64,000 nt of DNA from the NCBI GenBank assembly GCA_001643675.2, contig LSRY02000058.1, positions 434,001-498,000 of the forward strand. Direction: 5' to 3'. A model generated the notes under the pieces. The model ran no database searches. It was not told where the DNA came from and saw nothing but the letters and a program-made list of their open reading frames with translations. The position numbers were made by a program, and so were the translations under genes. This document shows, piece after piece, positions 53,145 through 64,000 of the stretch. The first letter of the stretch is position 1. Every line of letters begins with the position of its first letter. Source of the stretch: Monocercomonoides exilis PA203. Its lineage: Eukaryota > Protista > Preaxostyla.

Positions 53145-55559
53145 GGAAGTGCCAGCAGCAGTTGCAGTTTGAAATAGTTTGGAATTGGAATGAAGGCGAG
53201 CAGAAAGAGGAAATGGAGGAAATATGGATGAATAAATACGGAAGGAGTTGTTTTTTTGATGAAATGGAAACATCAGAGCAGTCACATTACCAGTGGTTGC
53301 TTTGTGGAATTGAAGTTAACCAGTTTTTTATTTTAAAAAAAAATTTTTTTTTCATTTTTGAGAACGTGTTTTGATTTGTGGGAAAGCCACAAATGAATAT
53401 TTGTTTTTATTGTGCTTGTTTTTTTTTTCACTAGATTTTGTCATTCACCAAAACAACTGTTTGTGTTTATCTTTTTTTTCATTTATCAAGCCTTTGTGAT
53501 TGTATTTCACTTTTGATTGTTAATAGACATGAGTATTTATTTTCTGTTGTTTTTCATATTTATTCTTTTGATTGATTTTCTAACACCTTTTTGAATGTTT
53601 TCACACATGGAGATTATGTTAAACCATTCTTATTTCGATTGTTAATCCGATATATATTTACAGTCATCTTCTTGTGTAACTCAAACCATTTTCGTTATTT
53701 TTGTCTAACTTTTCAATTTTTGTTTCATTCATTTTTTATTGATTGAGTGTTTTTCAGCACGCAACACTAACACAGTTTGAATAGTCAAGTTATTAAGATT
53801 TATTTTAAAACACTGAATTTTTTCATCAAAATAGAAACGCATCTAATACTGTTCGAAGGTTATCAAAAATTTAAGATTCTTCCATGTGGAAGGATTCCGC
53901 GGTTGAGAATAGCTTTTATTTTTTCTATTTTCTTTTTCAAAATAATCTCGGAATACCCTTTCATATTTTGATAATTAATAATCAAGTTAAAACATAATTC
54001 TTTTTTTTCATGTTTATTGTCTGAAATTCGAAATTATTGTTTTTGCTAAAATAGGATAAATGAAAAATAATCATACGAATGTCGTCTGTGACAAAAAAGA
54101 TAAAAAAAAAAAGATGATGTCAAAAGATGAACCACAAATACATGATTCAATTATTGGTTAACAATTATAATATTTGATTGAGTCTTTGTGAGTGTGTGTT
54201 TTTTTGAAAATGATATTTCCAAATGGAGCTGTTAACGATTTTTTGCACAATAAATAACTTTGTGAAAAATCGAAAAATTTCAGAAATGTGACTTTGAGCA
54301 AAAACTTGAAAAATTGAATTTTTTTGTGACTAAAACGTTCATATGTTTACAAACAGCACTCATTTTTTACACTAAGCAATATTTTCAAAGGTTTTTTGGA
54401 AGTTTTACAACATAACCCATAATATTTTTTTTGTAAAAGTGATTTTTTCTAATAAAGTTTAAGATATTTATCAAACAAAAATTTTCATACAAATAATAGA
54501 GGAATAACTTCCAAGTTATATATTTTTAGAATGAATTTCATTTTGAACTTTGGAGAAATGAATGATTTTACTCATTTGAGAATATTACAGGTTAGTTAGA
54601 TACAAAATTCTGATGTTTTTAATATCCGCAACTGACTTTAGTATTTTTTCTCATTAAATTTTTCAGATGATTGGAGGATTGTTACATGCGGAAACTTTTT
54701 GATTTCGAAGGAGAAACTCTGATGATACAAATGTTGCTTAAAAAAACAGAAAAAAATGAAAGGAGAACATTGTTATTTCTTGTTTTCAAGTTTGATATTG
54801 TTTTCAGTTCTTTATTGAATATTGAGCTGGTATTAAAACAAGAAATTGAAAAAAAAATACTGATAGAATTACTCATGAAGCAATGAAAGAATAATTCAAT
54901 ATAACTTTTCATGAACATCATTACAGTTATAAATAATTTCTCTCAACTCTTTATTCTTTTGAAATTATCATTCTCACACATCCCATTGACTGAATGCTTT
55001 CAACTAATTCATTTCTTCCTAAATTTTCATATATTCAACATTTTTCTAATAAACAAAGAATAACACACGAAAAAATTCAAATAGACACTTTCGATGAATA
55101 TTACGAAAACAATAGAATTTCAAATTCACTCGGAAATACATCATTACAGTTTGCTCTTGATATTATTCAATTTTTGATCGTCATTCATATTTGATTTGAA
55201 ATATTTTTTCTTTATTCGATTATGTGGAACAATTTTCATTTGTTTGTTTCATATGCTGTTTTTCTTTATTTTTCACAAAACAACTTTTTTCATAACTGAT
55301 ATACAAAAAGATTAAAGTGAAGATGTTGTATTATATTTTTCAAAATCATTTCAACCTGCTATTCATTAAAGAAAGCGAAGTGCTGTTTTGGAAGCCCGTT
55401 TCTGAGTTATTTATTATCGTTTTTATCCATTACATATCAAAGAAATATAATTTATTCTGATATCTTTCGAATAGTCTAAAAATTTTATAAAAATTGTTTT
55501 TTTTTGTCGAAGAAAAATGGTCAAAAAAATATGTAATAAAATATTTGCGCTTTCAAAAA

Positions 55560-58227
55560 ATGCCAATGGAAATCGAATTTGGCTCGTTTGTATCAAATAC
55601 GGTCACTAGTGAAATTTTGAATGAAAATGAAAACTCTGTGTTTTCAAATGATACTGAAAATTACAATGTTTGTTTTTATTTGATAAAATTTTATTATTTT
55701 TATTGTTTTTATATCACAGAGAACTAATGAAGAAAAAAATTCAAAGGACAAACACGAACAATCCAATAACATTTCAGAAAACGTTTGTTTTTTTCATGAA
55801 AAATTAAGAATTTATTGTTTTTATTATATTCAGTCATTTTCAACTCCACAAATGCAAATTCGCACACTTTCCGACAATTTCGATGAAAATGAGTTCATCA
55901 GAAGGGAAGAAGTGTGCGAAAGAATGATGTCGTTCATGAAAGAGTTTCTATCTCCATCACAAAACACTCATCACTGTTCTTCATCTTCAAATTGCACTCC
56001 AACTTCTTCAATTCCATCTCTTCAAAAAGTTTCGTTGCATAAAAAAAGTTCATCAAATAAATTACTCTCTTCAGATTCGACAAGAACACCATCGATAACT
56101 CACATTCTTCCTTCAGTAAAATACAGTTCGAAAAAAAGCAAATCCGACAAATATGACAGGGCCATCGACTATTCAGAATCAGAAGAAATAACAAGTGAAG
56201 TTTCTAAGTGCGATGAAAATGATGAAGTGGATGAAAATCCTTTGATAGAAGAAGAAGAAACTGATAATGAAGAGAAAAAAATGAAAGAATTATCCGAAAA
56301 AGATATTCACGAGATAATTGATAAAACATATGACGCCGTTGAATATCTGAGAAACGATCATATGTTTCAAGCGGAAAAAGCAGATACCCTTAACAGCTTG
56401 TCTTCTCCCTCAAAAACTCCTGCTCGTGCTTCTCCCCCTTCCACATCCTTCTCCGAACTATTTCAAACATCTTCAACAGATGTATCTCCTAATTCTCTCT
56501 CTTCCTCTCTGTCGTCATCGTCCATCATTCCTTCCTCCTCTCTCTTCTTTCATCCCACTAGAATGGATGAAGCAGTGAGCAGAGTCAGTACGGAAAAAGC
56601 GAAAAAATATTTGAACGTTGAATCGATTTGGTCCGATGCTACCAAACGAAAACATTCGTGGGCGAACCGCTTGCTGACAATATGGGCTGAAAAAGTGGAA
56701 ATCGAACCTTGGCCACTGCATCATGAAGCAGCAAGAGGGTTCGTTTTGTTCTGCGGGAAAGAGTGCCACTACCCTCTTTCCTCCATATGCTACGTCATAA
56801 TACCTTCTCTAAAAAGAATTAACATCATAAAAAGGGGAAAAAGATTAAGTTCTAATACTTATCATTCTTTAAGAGATGCTGTGAGATGTCTCAAACACAG
56901 CAGTGAAGTGCAAAAAACAGTTACAAAAAAAGAACCTGCTGTTCTTAAAGATGTCAAAAGAATAGTTCATTTCATTCCCAACACAATGCTCGATAAGGCG
57001 CTTGAATCATCTCTTTATCTCGTCGCTGTTCACACAGGGGCTCGCGCTGTTACACTTTCCAACGTGAAACTGTCAGATATCAAACAAGTTGTGAGATCAA
57101 AGGAGAATGGAAAACTGTTATGTACAATCCAGTACAACAGAACAAAAGCATCGCACAACTGGGGGCACAAGGTCACAATTGAAGGCGACGAAGATGAAGA
57201 AAATGATGACGATCCAGTCTATTGGCTCTCGTTGCATGTGTATCAAAAAACAGGAGTTAGACTGTCAGATTGGAACAACGCAAAAGAAAAAGCAAACCTC
57301 AATCATCTTGTGTGGCCACTGAGCACAGACAGCATGAGGGAGCGTTTTAAGAGCAGAGCGGAAGCTGCTGGTTATCCTCGTCATCTGTTCTGCTTCCACT
57401 CGCTTCGTAGTGGCTTCATATGCACCGCTCTTATCGCTGCGAACAAAGACGATGAAACCCAACGAGCAGTCATGGAAAAAACAGCCTTTGTTGCTGGCTG
57501 GCAACAGTGTCGACTTTCGCAATGCACTTACATCAAAGAAGCCGTGAAGCGAGCCATGGTTGCATCAAGACTTATAACATCCCATGATGATAGCAACCAA
57601 ACAGTGTTCGATGAAACACTATTGGAGTTGGAAGTGTTTCATGGTGTTTCTTTTAAGGAAAAAGCGAAAAAAGAGAAAACCACAATGGAGAAGTTTTCGG
57701 AGTTCGTGAAAAGAAGAATGAGTGAGTATTATGGAGAGTTGATTGTGGAGGAAGCGAAAAGAGATAGACACATTAGAAACGGTTCAAAGAAGTAGGTTGA
57801 AGAAAATGAAGAGTTGATGATGGTTGCAGAATACAGAATGAAAGAATTAAATGATAAGAAAAAAGAAGAACAGAGAAAGACAGACCTATATACTGTTGCT
57901 TCGACGATTTCCAACATGTTCATACAAGATCAGCTCCTTGAACAAGGGAAGACACCAGAAGAAATGGCAACAATATTCTGCGGAATGGCTGAGAGTTGCA
58001 CATCAAAGGCGCCGGTGAGAAAGAACAAGTTCAAAGTTGATCGAAAGTCACATTTAACAGTTTATGAGAGAAGAAAGAAAGAGAGAGAAGAAGTGTTGAA
58101 AGAGAGAGAAAGAAACGAAAAGAATAACATAAGAAGAATCATATGGAGGAAAGAAGATGATGACATACTAGTTAGACTTTATAATGAAGGCGAAAGAGCT
58201 ACAGACATGATGAAGGCTTTCCCCTAG
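55560..58227 (+). pseudogene. Tyrosine recombinase-Myb gene, copy 1 (exons 55560-55667, 55720-55782 and 55834 onward); in-frame TAG at 57793 and Myb domain truncated at 58225
   Basis: Catalytic set HTGAR (57031-57045), RTKA, FHSLRSG, AGW, CTYIK. Two phase-0 GTTTGT...CAG introns splice in frame. The downstream same-frame ORF ends in a Myb start, RIIWRKEDDDILVRLY...MMKAFP. Confidence 0.85.
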
Positions 58228-58893
58228 GTTAGGTTAGATACAAAGGCGACGCCTGCGTGTGAACAGGTCAGCAACGGGGCTCATGTGGACAAAAATCAAT
58301 ATTCTCGAATGATGCAAAAAAATCCAAGAAATTACGAAAAATTCCAAAAAATTTGAAAAAATATGTGTTTGTCAAGAAAATCTGATAAGACGATCAAAAA
58401 TCGCATTACTAGGTTGCCCAACATCGGAAAGCTTCATCTGCTGATATTTGTTCATCGAAAAAGTGTCCAAATGAAAGCTTGAATTTTTTCGTTTTTTCAT
58501 ATTTTTTTTTATTTCTCACAAAAAGTTCTTCATTGAGAAATAATAGAAAACTTTTTTGAAAAAAAAATATTTGATCAAAAAAAATTACCACAATTTAATT
58601 TCGAATCAAAACTTGCAAGGGAAACACCCACAGGAACAATTAGCAACTTTTGGTTTTCAATTAAAACATCGTATGATTTATTAATAAATACGTCATCCGA
58701 TTTTCATTGTTTTTTTAATCCAATTGTTATTCTGATTCAGCTTCTATCAAATCATCACTTTGTATGTTTTCTTTTGATATAACAAATATTTTCAAGTTAC
58801 CAACCTTTAATTGGAATATTTGATATGCTTTGTTTTTCGTCTCTTATCAATTAATAACAATAGAATTTCTTCTTTGAGTAATTTTCACAAAAT

Positions 58894-61800
58894 ATGATTC
58901 GAAATTTCACAAAGAGCCAAGATCGCCTGTGTGGTCTTTTATTATTAATATTTGTCTTATTATAATAATTATATTTGATTTTTCTTTAAGTGGAAGAGCA
59001 ATGAATTACAAAGGTTTGTTTTTTTTCATTCATCAAATTTATTTTACAAATCTTATATTCATTTATTTTAAAAGATAAATTCAATAAAAGCTTCGAACGG
59101 AAAAAGAAAGAAGAATCATTGAAAATAAGCAAGCATGCCATCCTTTCCCCATCGCAGCCCGGCTTTTTCTCTCCTCCTTCTTCGTATCTCGTCACTCCGC
59201 CTTCTTCTCCTGCTCAAATTATGCCTCCGCTTTCTCCTCTCCGCTTTTCCGAAACTTCCCAATCCAATATTTATGACAATGTGACTTCAACTCCTCATTT
59301 ATCAACTTCAATGTATCCTTCTCGATCAAACACTCCTTTTCCTTCTCCAATTTCTTCGAAAAACAGAGAAAAAGAGAAAAATGGAGATGATGTTCCATCT
59401 TTGACAGAGTGGTTATTTCGTTTAACGAAAGAACCAAATTGTCCAAAAATTGACTATTATTCGTCAATCTTCAAATCGCTCCCTCCTCAACCTTCGCTCG
59501 ATTCAATACGTGAGTTTTATCACGTTTCCATCTATCCCCGTCCTCTGTATATTTCAAAAAGTGAGGATTTGGATCAACTTTGTCTTGAAAATCTTCAAAA
59601 ACAGGAAGAATTGGAGGATGAAAATGCTTGTTCTAATATGGAGGAGCAAAATTTTATTGACAAATCTTCAAAATCAAATAATGACCAACAAGAATGCACG
59701 GAAGGAGCAAATGAGGAAAGAAATTTTGAGGAGGAGCACTTATTTCATGATGGAACAACTATTCAACTCACATCTGCCAGTGTAAGTTCAACAGATTTTT
59801 GTGAAAGAATGAAGGAGTTTGTCAATACAAAGAAAACAGAAACATCACACGAAATTGAAATGGAGGAGGAATTATCTGGAGGAGCTTTGAATGATACAGT
59901 GGTTGGAGCAACAAACATTTCATCAACGAAAATGAAAAGAGGAAGACCAAGAATAAGAATTGCTGCAAACAAAAAATGCAACACAACATCTGCTCGCAAT
60001 GAAATAGATTGTTCATTTGCAAATAAAAATGATAAACATCAAATGGAGAAGCAGATTGAAGGTGTTGATTGCATTTCAAATGAAGCAGAATGTGTGAACC
60101 ATCAAGAAGAAAGTTCGTTCGGTTCATTTACCAAACATCAAAACCTGACACACAAAAAGTGCAAAAAAAGAAAGAAAAGAAAAGCCAGAACAGGCTCAAA
60201 AAGCTCGACAGAAAATGAGGAGGAGAATATGTTTGAAAGTTCAAATGAATTTTCTTCCACTGGATCTCTTCGCATTCTCCCGAAAAGGGTTAGCAAAAAA
60301 GCTTGCTTGGAAAAAATCAAAAGCATTTCGTTGGCAGAAAGGAGAAAGATTGTGAAGATGAATGATGGTGAGAGAAATGATGATAATTCTTTTTTTCAAC
60401 ATTCCTGTAATGAAAATGTTCATTGTGCTGGTTTGACGAATTCGCTCGAATTGAATGATGGATCTACATCAAGAACATTTAAAATAAGATCAAGAAGGAG
60501 TAATGAAAAGAAAGAGAAAAAGAAATTGAGTGATCGGAATGATTATGTTCAGCATTCAAAAGTTGGTCGTCCGAAAATGAAGAGGAAGTCAGTGTTGATG
60601 ACAGAGGAAAACAAGCAACTCATTCATCAGAATTTTGAAGCTATTAAAGCAGAGAACAGAACATCTAAAGAGTCAATCTTATTCGATGACAAAACGAAAG
60701 AACCATTAACGAATATGGATATTTATGGAGTTTCAGGAGATGTATTGAGGCCTTTAAATTTACACACACCAGCTTGTGAAAATCCTGTAGACACTTCACC
60801 AAGAAGTGGTTACCAAACACCTTCAAAATTTTCTGTTGCGCTGCGAACATTTAGCAAAGAAACATTTGAGCCTTATCTGAAAACAGGCCTACCAATTAGT
60901 AAGGATAAGAAAAAAACACATGCTTGGGTTTATGCAATGTTTGTTTCCTTCTGCAGAAAATTCAAACATGAGCCTTGGCCACTCAACATGGATGCAGTGT
61001 ATGGATTTATCAAACTGTTAGGAGCTGCAGTTGGATATTCAATAAAAAGTTTGAGAGACTCAGTTCTTCCATCATTGTATTATATTTCATGGTATAGAAC
61101 TAAAGAAATTGTTACACAAGAAGTAAGAAAGATGGCATTGTTGGCAATAGCGGAAATTCAATTTCAAAGAGATCAGTTGTTTGACAATGATGAATTGGAG
61201 GAGTTTCAATGTGTCACAAAACATAAAGAACCTCTTATTGTTCGGGACTTGGATAGAATCCTTTCTTGCATTCCAGATTGGAATGTGGAAAAGCCGAGAG
61301 AGGCTTCTCTGTTTCTTTTTGCTCTCGCAACGGGAGCAAGAAGTTTGACATGCTCCAGAATTCGTCTGAGAGATATAGTGAGAGTGTTTTCAAAAGGAGG
61401 TTCGTCATTTGTCAAGGTCACAATCAATTTGGCATGTGGTAAGGGCATTAGGAACGATGATCACTGTGTCACGGTTGAAGGTGACATCAAAGAAAAGAAC
61501 AATCTGAACGTGATATGGTGGTTGGAGGAGTATTTGGTAATCCAATATGGATTAACATTAACTACATTCGACACTTGGAATTTGGGTGAACTGGGATCTC
61601 ATTTCCTTTGGGGAATGAGGAAAGGTGCAATGAGGGCTCGTTTGCAAAAGCGAGCGAAGCAAGCGGGCTACCCTGAACAGATGTTCGGATTTCATTCTTT
61701 TCGTTCCGGGTTCATCTGTTCAGCACTGTTGAAGATCGAAAACAACCCAGAGTTGAAAGAGAATGTTCTGGAGACTGCAGCGTACATTGCCAACTGGAAA

Positions 61801-62622
61801 CTTGGTTCACCTGTGGAAATGCAATATGTTGACAGAACGACTCGAGGTACTATCGTGGCAAACAGATTGAACTTCCCAAGAGAAGTTCTTGAGGAGGATG
61901 TTGTGTTCAGCGCTGATCTGTCAGACCCTTCAGTGTTTCATAATATTGTCATTGGTGAAAGTGAGTGGAAAAGGGACTCAATAATAGACACATTCAACTT
62001 TTTTGTTCGGGAGGTTGTCAAATGTGCATGCAGAAAGTTTCACTATCCATACGTTCACTGCATCAAGTTGTGTCGAATGGCTGCTGTGAGGTATCTGAAA
62101 CTGTTCAACAAAGAAGCAAGGATGTCAGAAAAGTGGGTGCAGAAATCGAAGGAGTTGGTGTTGGAACAACTGAAGCGGAAAGGAGGTGATATCGTTTCAA
62201 TCGGTACTGAATGTTTGTCAACGATAAAGGAATATCTCGATGGTACTGTGAAGTTGGAAGTGACTGGTAAGGAAATCAGAAAGAAAATCAGAGAAAGAAG
62301 AGAATGGAATTTCATCACAAACAATCCATCAAGAATGAGATGGTCTGCGAAAGAAACAGAGACTCTGGAATCGATGGTGCTCGATGATTGCGACTTTGAA
62401 AAGATCAGCGAAGTTCTTCCACATAGATCTGCAAATGCATGTCGTGACAGAATAAGAAACATAATCAAGAAGCAGAAAAGGCTCAATTTGTTACGGGAAA
62501 GTGGAGCGAATCAAACTCAAAGTGTTGAGGATGATGCTGAAGAAGAAGGAGATAATTTTTATGAAGCATTTTCAGATGAAAGTGATGGAGATCACGTCAA
62601 ACCAAACGGTGATGAATACTAA
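58894..62622 (+). CDS. Tyrosine recombinase-Myb gene, copy 2, intact (predicted exons 58894-58928, 58991-59013 and 59075-62622)
   Basis: ATGAR, GKG, FHSFRSG, ANW, MQYVD (complete R-K-H-R-W-Y set). AT-hook KRGRPR. C-terminal Myb/SANT RMRWSAKETETLESMV...FEKISEVLPHRSANACRDRIRNI. Both 5' introns splice in frame. Confidence 0.88.
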
Positions 62623-64000
62623 ATGTTTCAGTTATTTTCGTTTGAATTCATTATGTCTGAAACATTGAACATTCCTGTTGAAGGCTATCAAATGTTATTT
62701 TTTCAAGAATAACATCTGTCATTTACGCAAGAGTCGAAAAAGTCTGTCAAGTATTTTTTCTTTTGCATTCGACTATAAACAACTGTCATTTAATCACTCA
62801 TTTTTGACATTTTCATTGTTAAATTGGTTTTAATATATTCATTATCTTTTAATTTAATCGTTTATTGACTTTTTATTCAGGGTTTTTGTATTGTTCACTT
62901 GAAACAGGTTAAATTGGTTTTCAATTCAAAAATTAAGAATAATGATATATATTTCTAACTTTTTCACATTCCAAAAGTGAAATGAAACGAAATGGAGTGT
63001 TTTATATTTGTGAAATGGAAAATCTGTAACGTAAATGAAACTCTGAAACGAATAACTGAATATAAATCATTATATGTATTTTATGAATTATCATGGTAAA
63101 ATAACTTTGTTTTCGAAAGCGAGGAGAAGTGTTGTTTATGAGTTGATATTCTTTAAGTACAAAAGATTCTGGAACATAATGATGAAACCTGTTATCTCCA
63201 CAACAAAGAATGAAAAATTCAGAAAAAAGTCAATTAGTGAGTTGAATTTCAAAATTTAGAACATCACAATGCGTAAAATGTTGTTCCATGACTTTAGGAA
63301 TGCATGTTTCATTCATGATTTCTTTTTGAATAATTCAGAAATCGGAAAATGAATTGAGAAAAATCATCAGTATCCTGCAGTTAAAACAAATTTACAAACA
63401 TCATGAACGTAAAGAAAAATATTTCTAAAATTAAAATCCATAACAAATGAAAATGTATTGATTGAATTCGTTGAAAAACTCTCTTTTCACATTTTCAATT
63501 AATTAATTTTATAACATAGGTTAGGGTTAAGCTTTTCGTTCGTTTAGTCTAGACGATTTTCATATATATATTAACCTAGACAATACATTCAAAACAAAGG
63601 GACAACTTTCATAGAAATAAATATTTTGTTTGAAAATTTCACGATGATTGAATCAAAGTGTTTCAGAAATGTAGATTATATTAAGAGTTATTCAACAAAA
63701 AAATGTGTGTTGATATTGAAAATTTTTGACTAAAGTAGTTGGAAAAAAATGTTTGTTTTTTTGTCCAGTCATTTCTGGTCATTTCGAATTTTTTATTTTT
63801 TCAATTTTTTTCGATTCAGATCCAGTTTTTGTGGTGAGATCGATTGTAATATGGATGATTCATCATTCTATTCACTTTTTATCGAACAATATGGACTTTT
63901 CATTTTTCATGAAAATTTTATGAGAAAATTTTCGGTCATTTTTTGGATCAAAAAAAATTGTATCTCGATGAAAAAATTTTGCGAGACCTGAGACTTTACC

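Noticed and set aside
58224-58254. Helitron 3' end (hairpin plus CTAG on the minus strand)
   Set aside because: The hairpin is only 11 nt, CTAG is not followed by T, and no Rep/helicase is present. Kept only as a candidate YR-element boundary.
55852-62622. Prophage or bacterial integrases (contamination)
   Set aside because: Spliceosomal introns, a Myb domain, low-complexity eukaryotic N-termini and host-like context.
63517-63530. True telomere or interstitial telomeric array
   Set aside because: Only about two degenerate units, and the sequence continues normally.

Overview
AT-rich eukaryotic genomic DNA with short GT-AG introns (often GTTTGT donors) and a standard genetic code, since genes end in TAA, TAG or TGA. 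Gene style and the giant Cys-rich surface-protein family resemble an oxymonad such as Monocercomonoides; this is inference. Layout: (1) 1-4.7 kb, the 3' part of a degenerate DIRS-type tyrosine-recombinase retrotransposon with its internal complementary region and right end; (2) an intronless 2965-aa surface-protein gene; (3) a compact housekeeping block at 17-35 kb (calreticulin, RPL29, coronin, DCN1-like, XMAP215/CKAP5-like, RPE, SRPK); (4) a DNA-transposon nest at 35.5-38.4 kb (988-bp fold-back element, hAT transposase remnant, Merlin element with 8-bp TSD); (5) degraded and low-complexity sequence at 38.5-46 kb; (6) a 2.3k-aa receptor-like pseudokinase of the same giant family; (7) two tandem, diverged, intron-containing genes encoding a tyrosine recombinase fused to a C-terminal Myb/SANT domain, with telomere-like TAGGTTAG motifs at candidate boundaries. 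Item 7 is the best candidate for an undescribed system (a Crypton-like YR-Myb DNA element).
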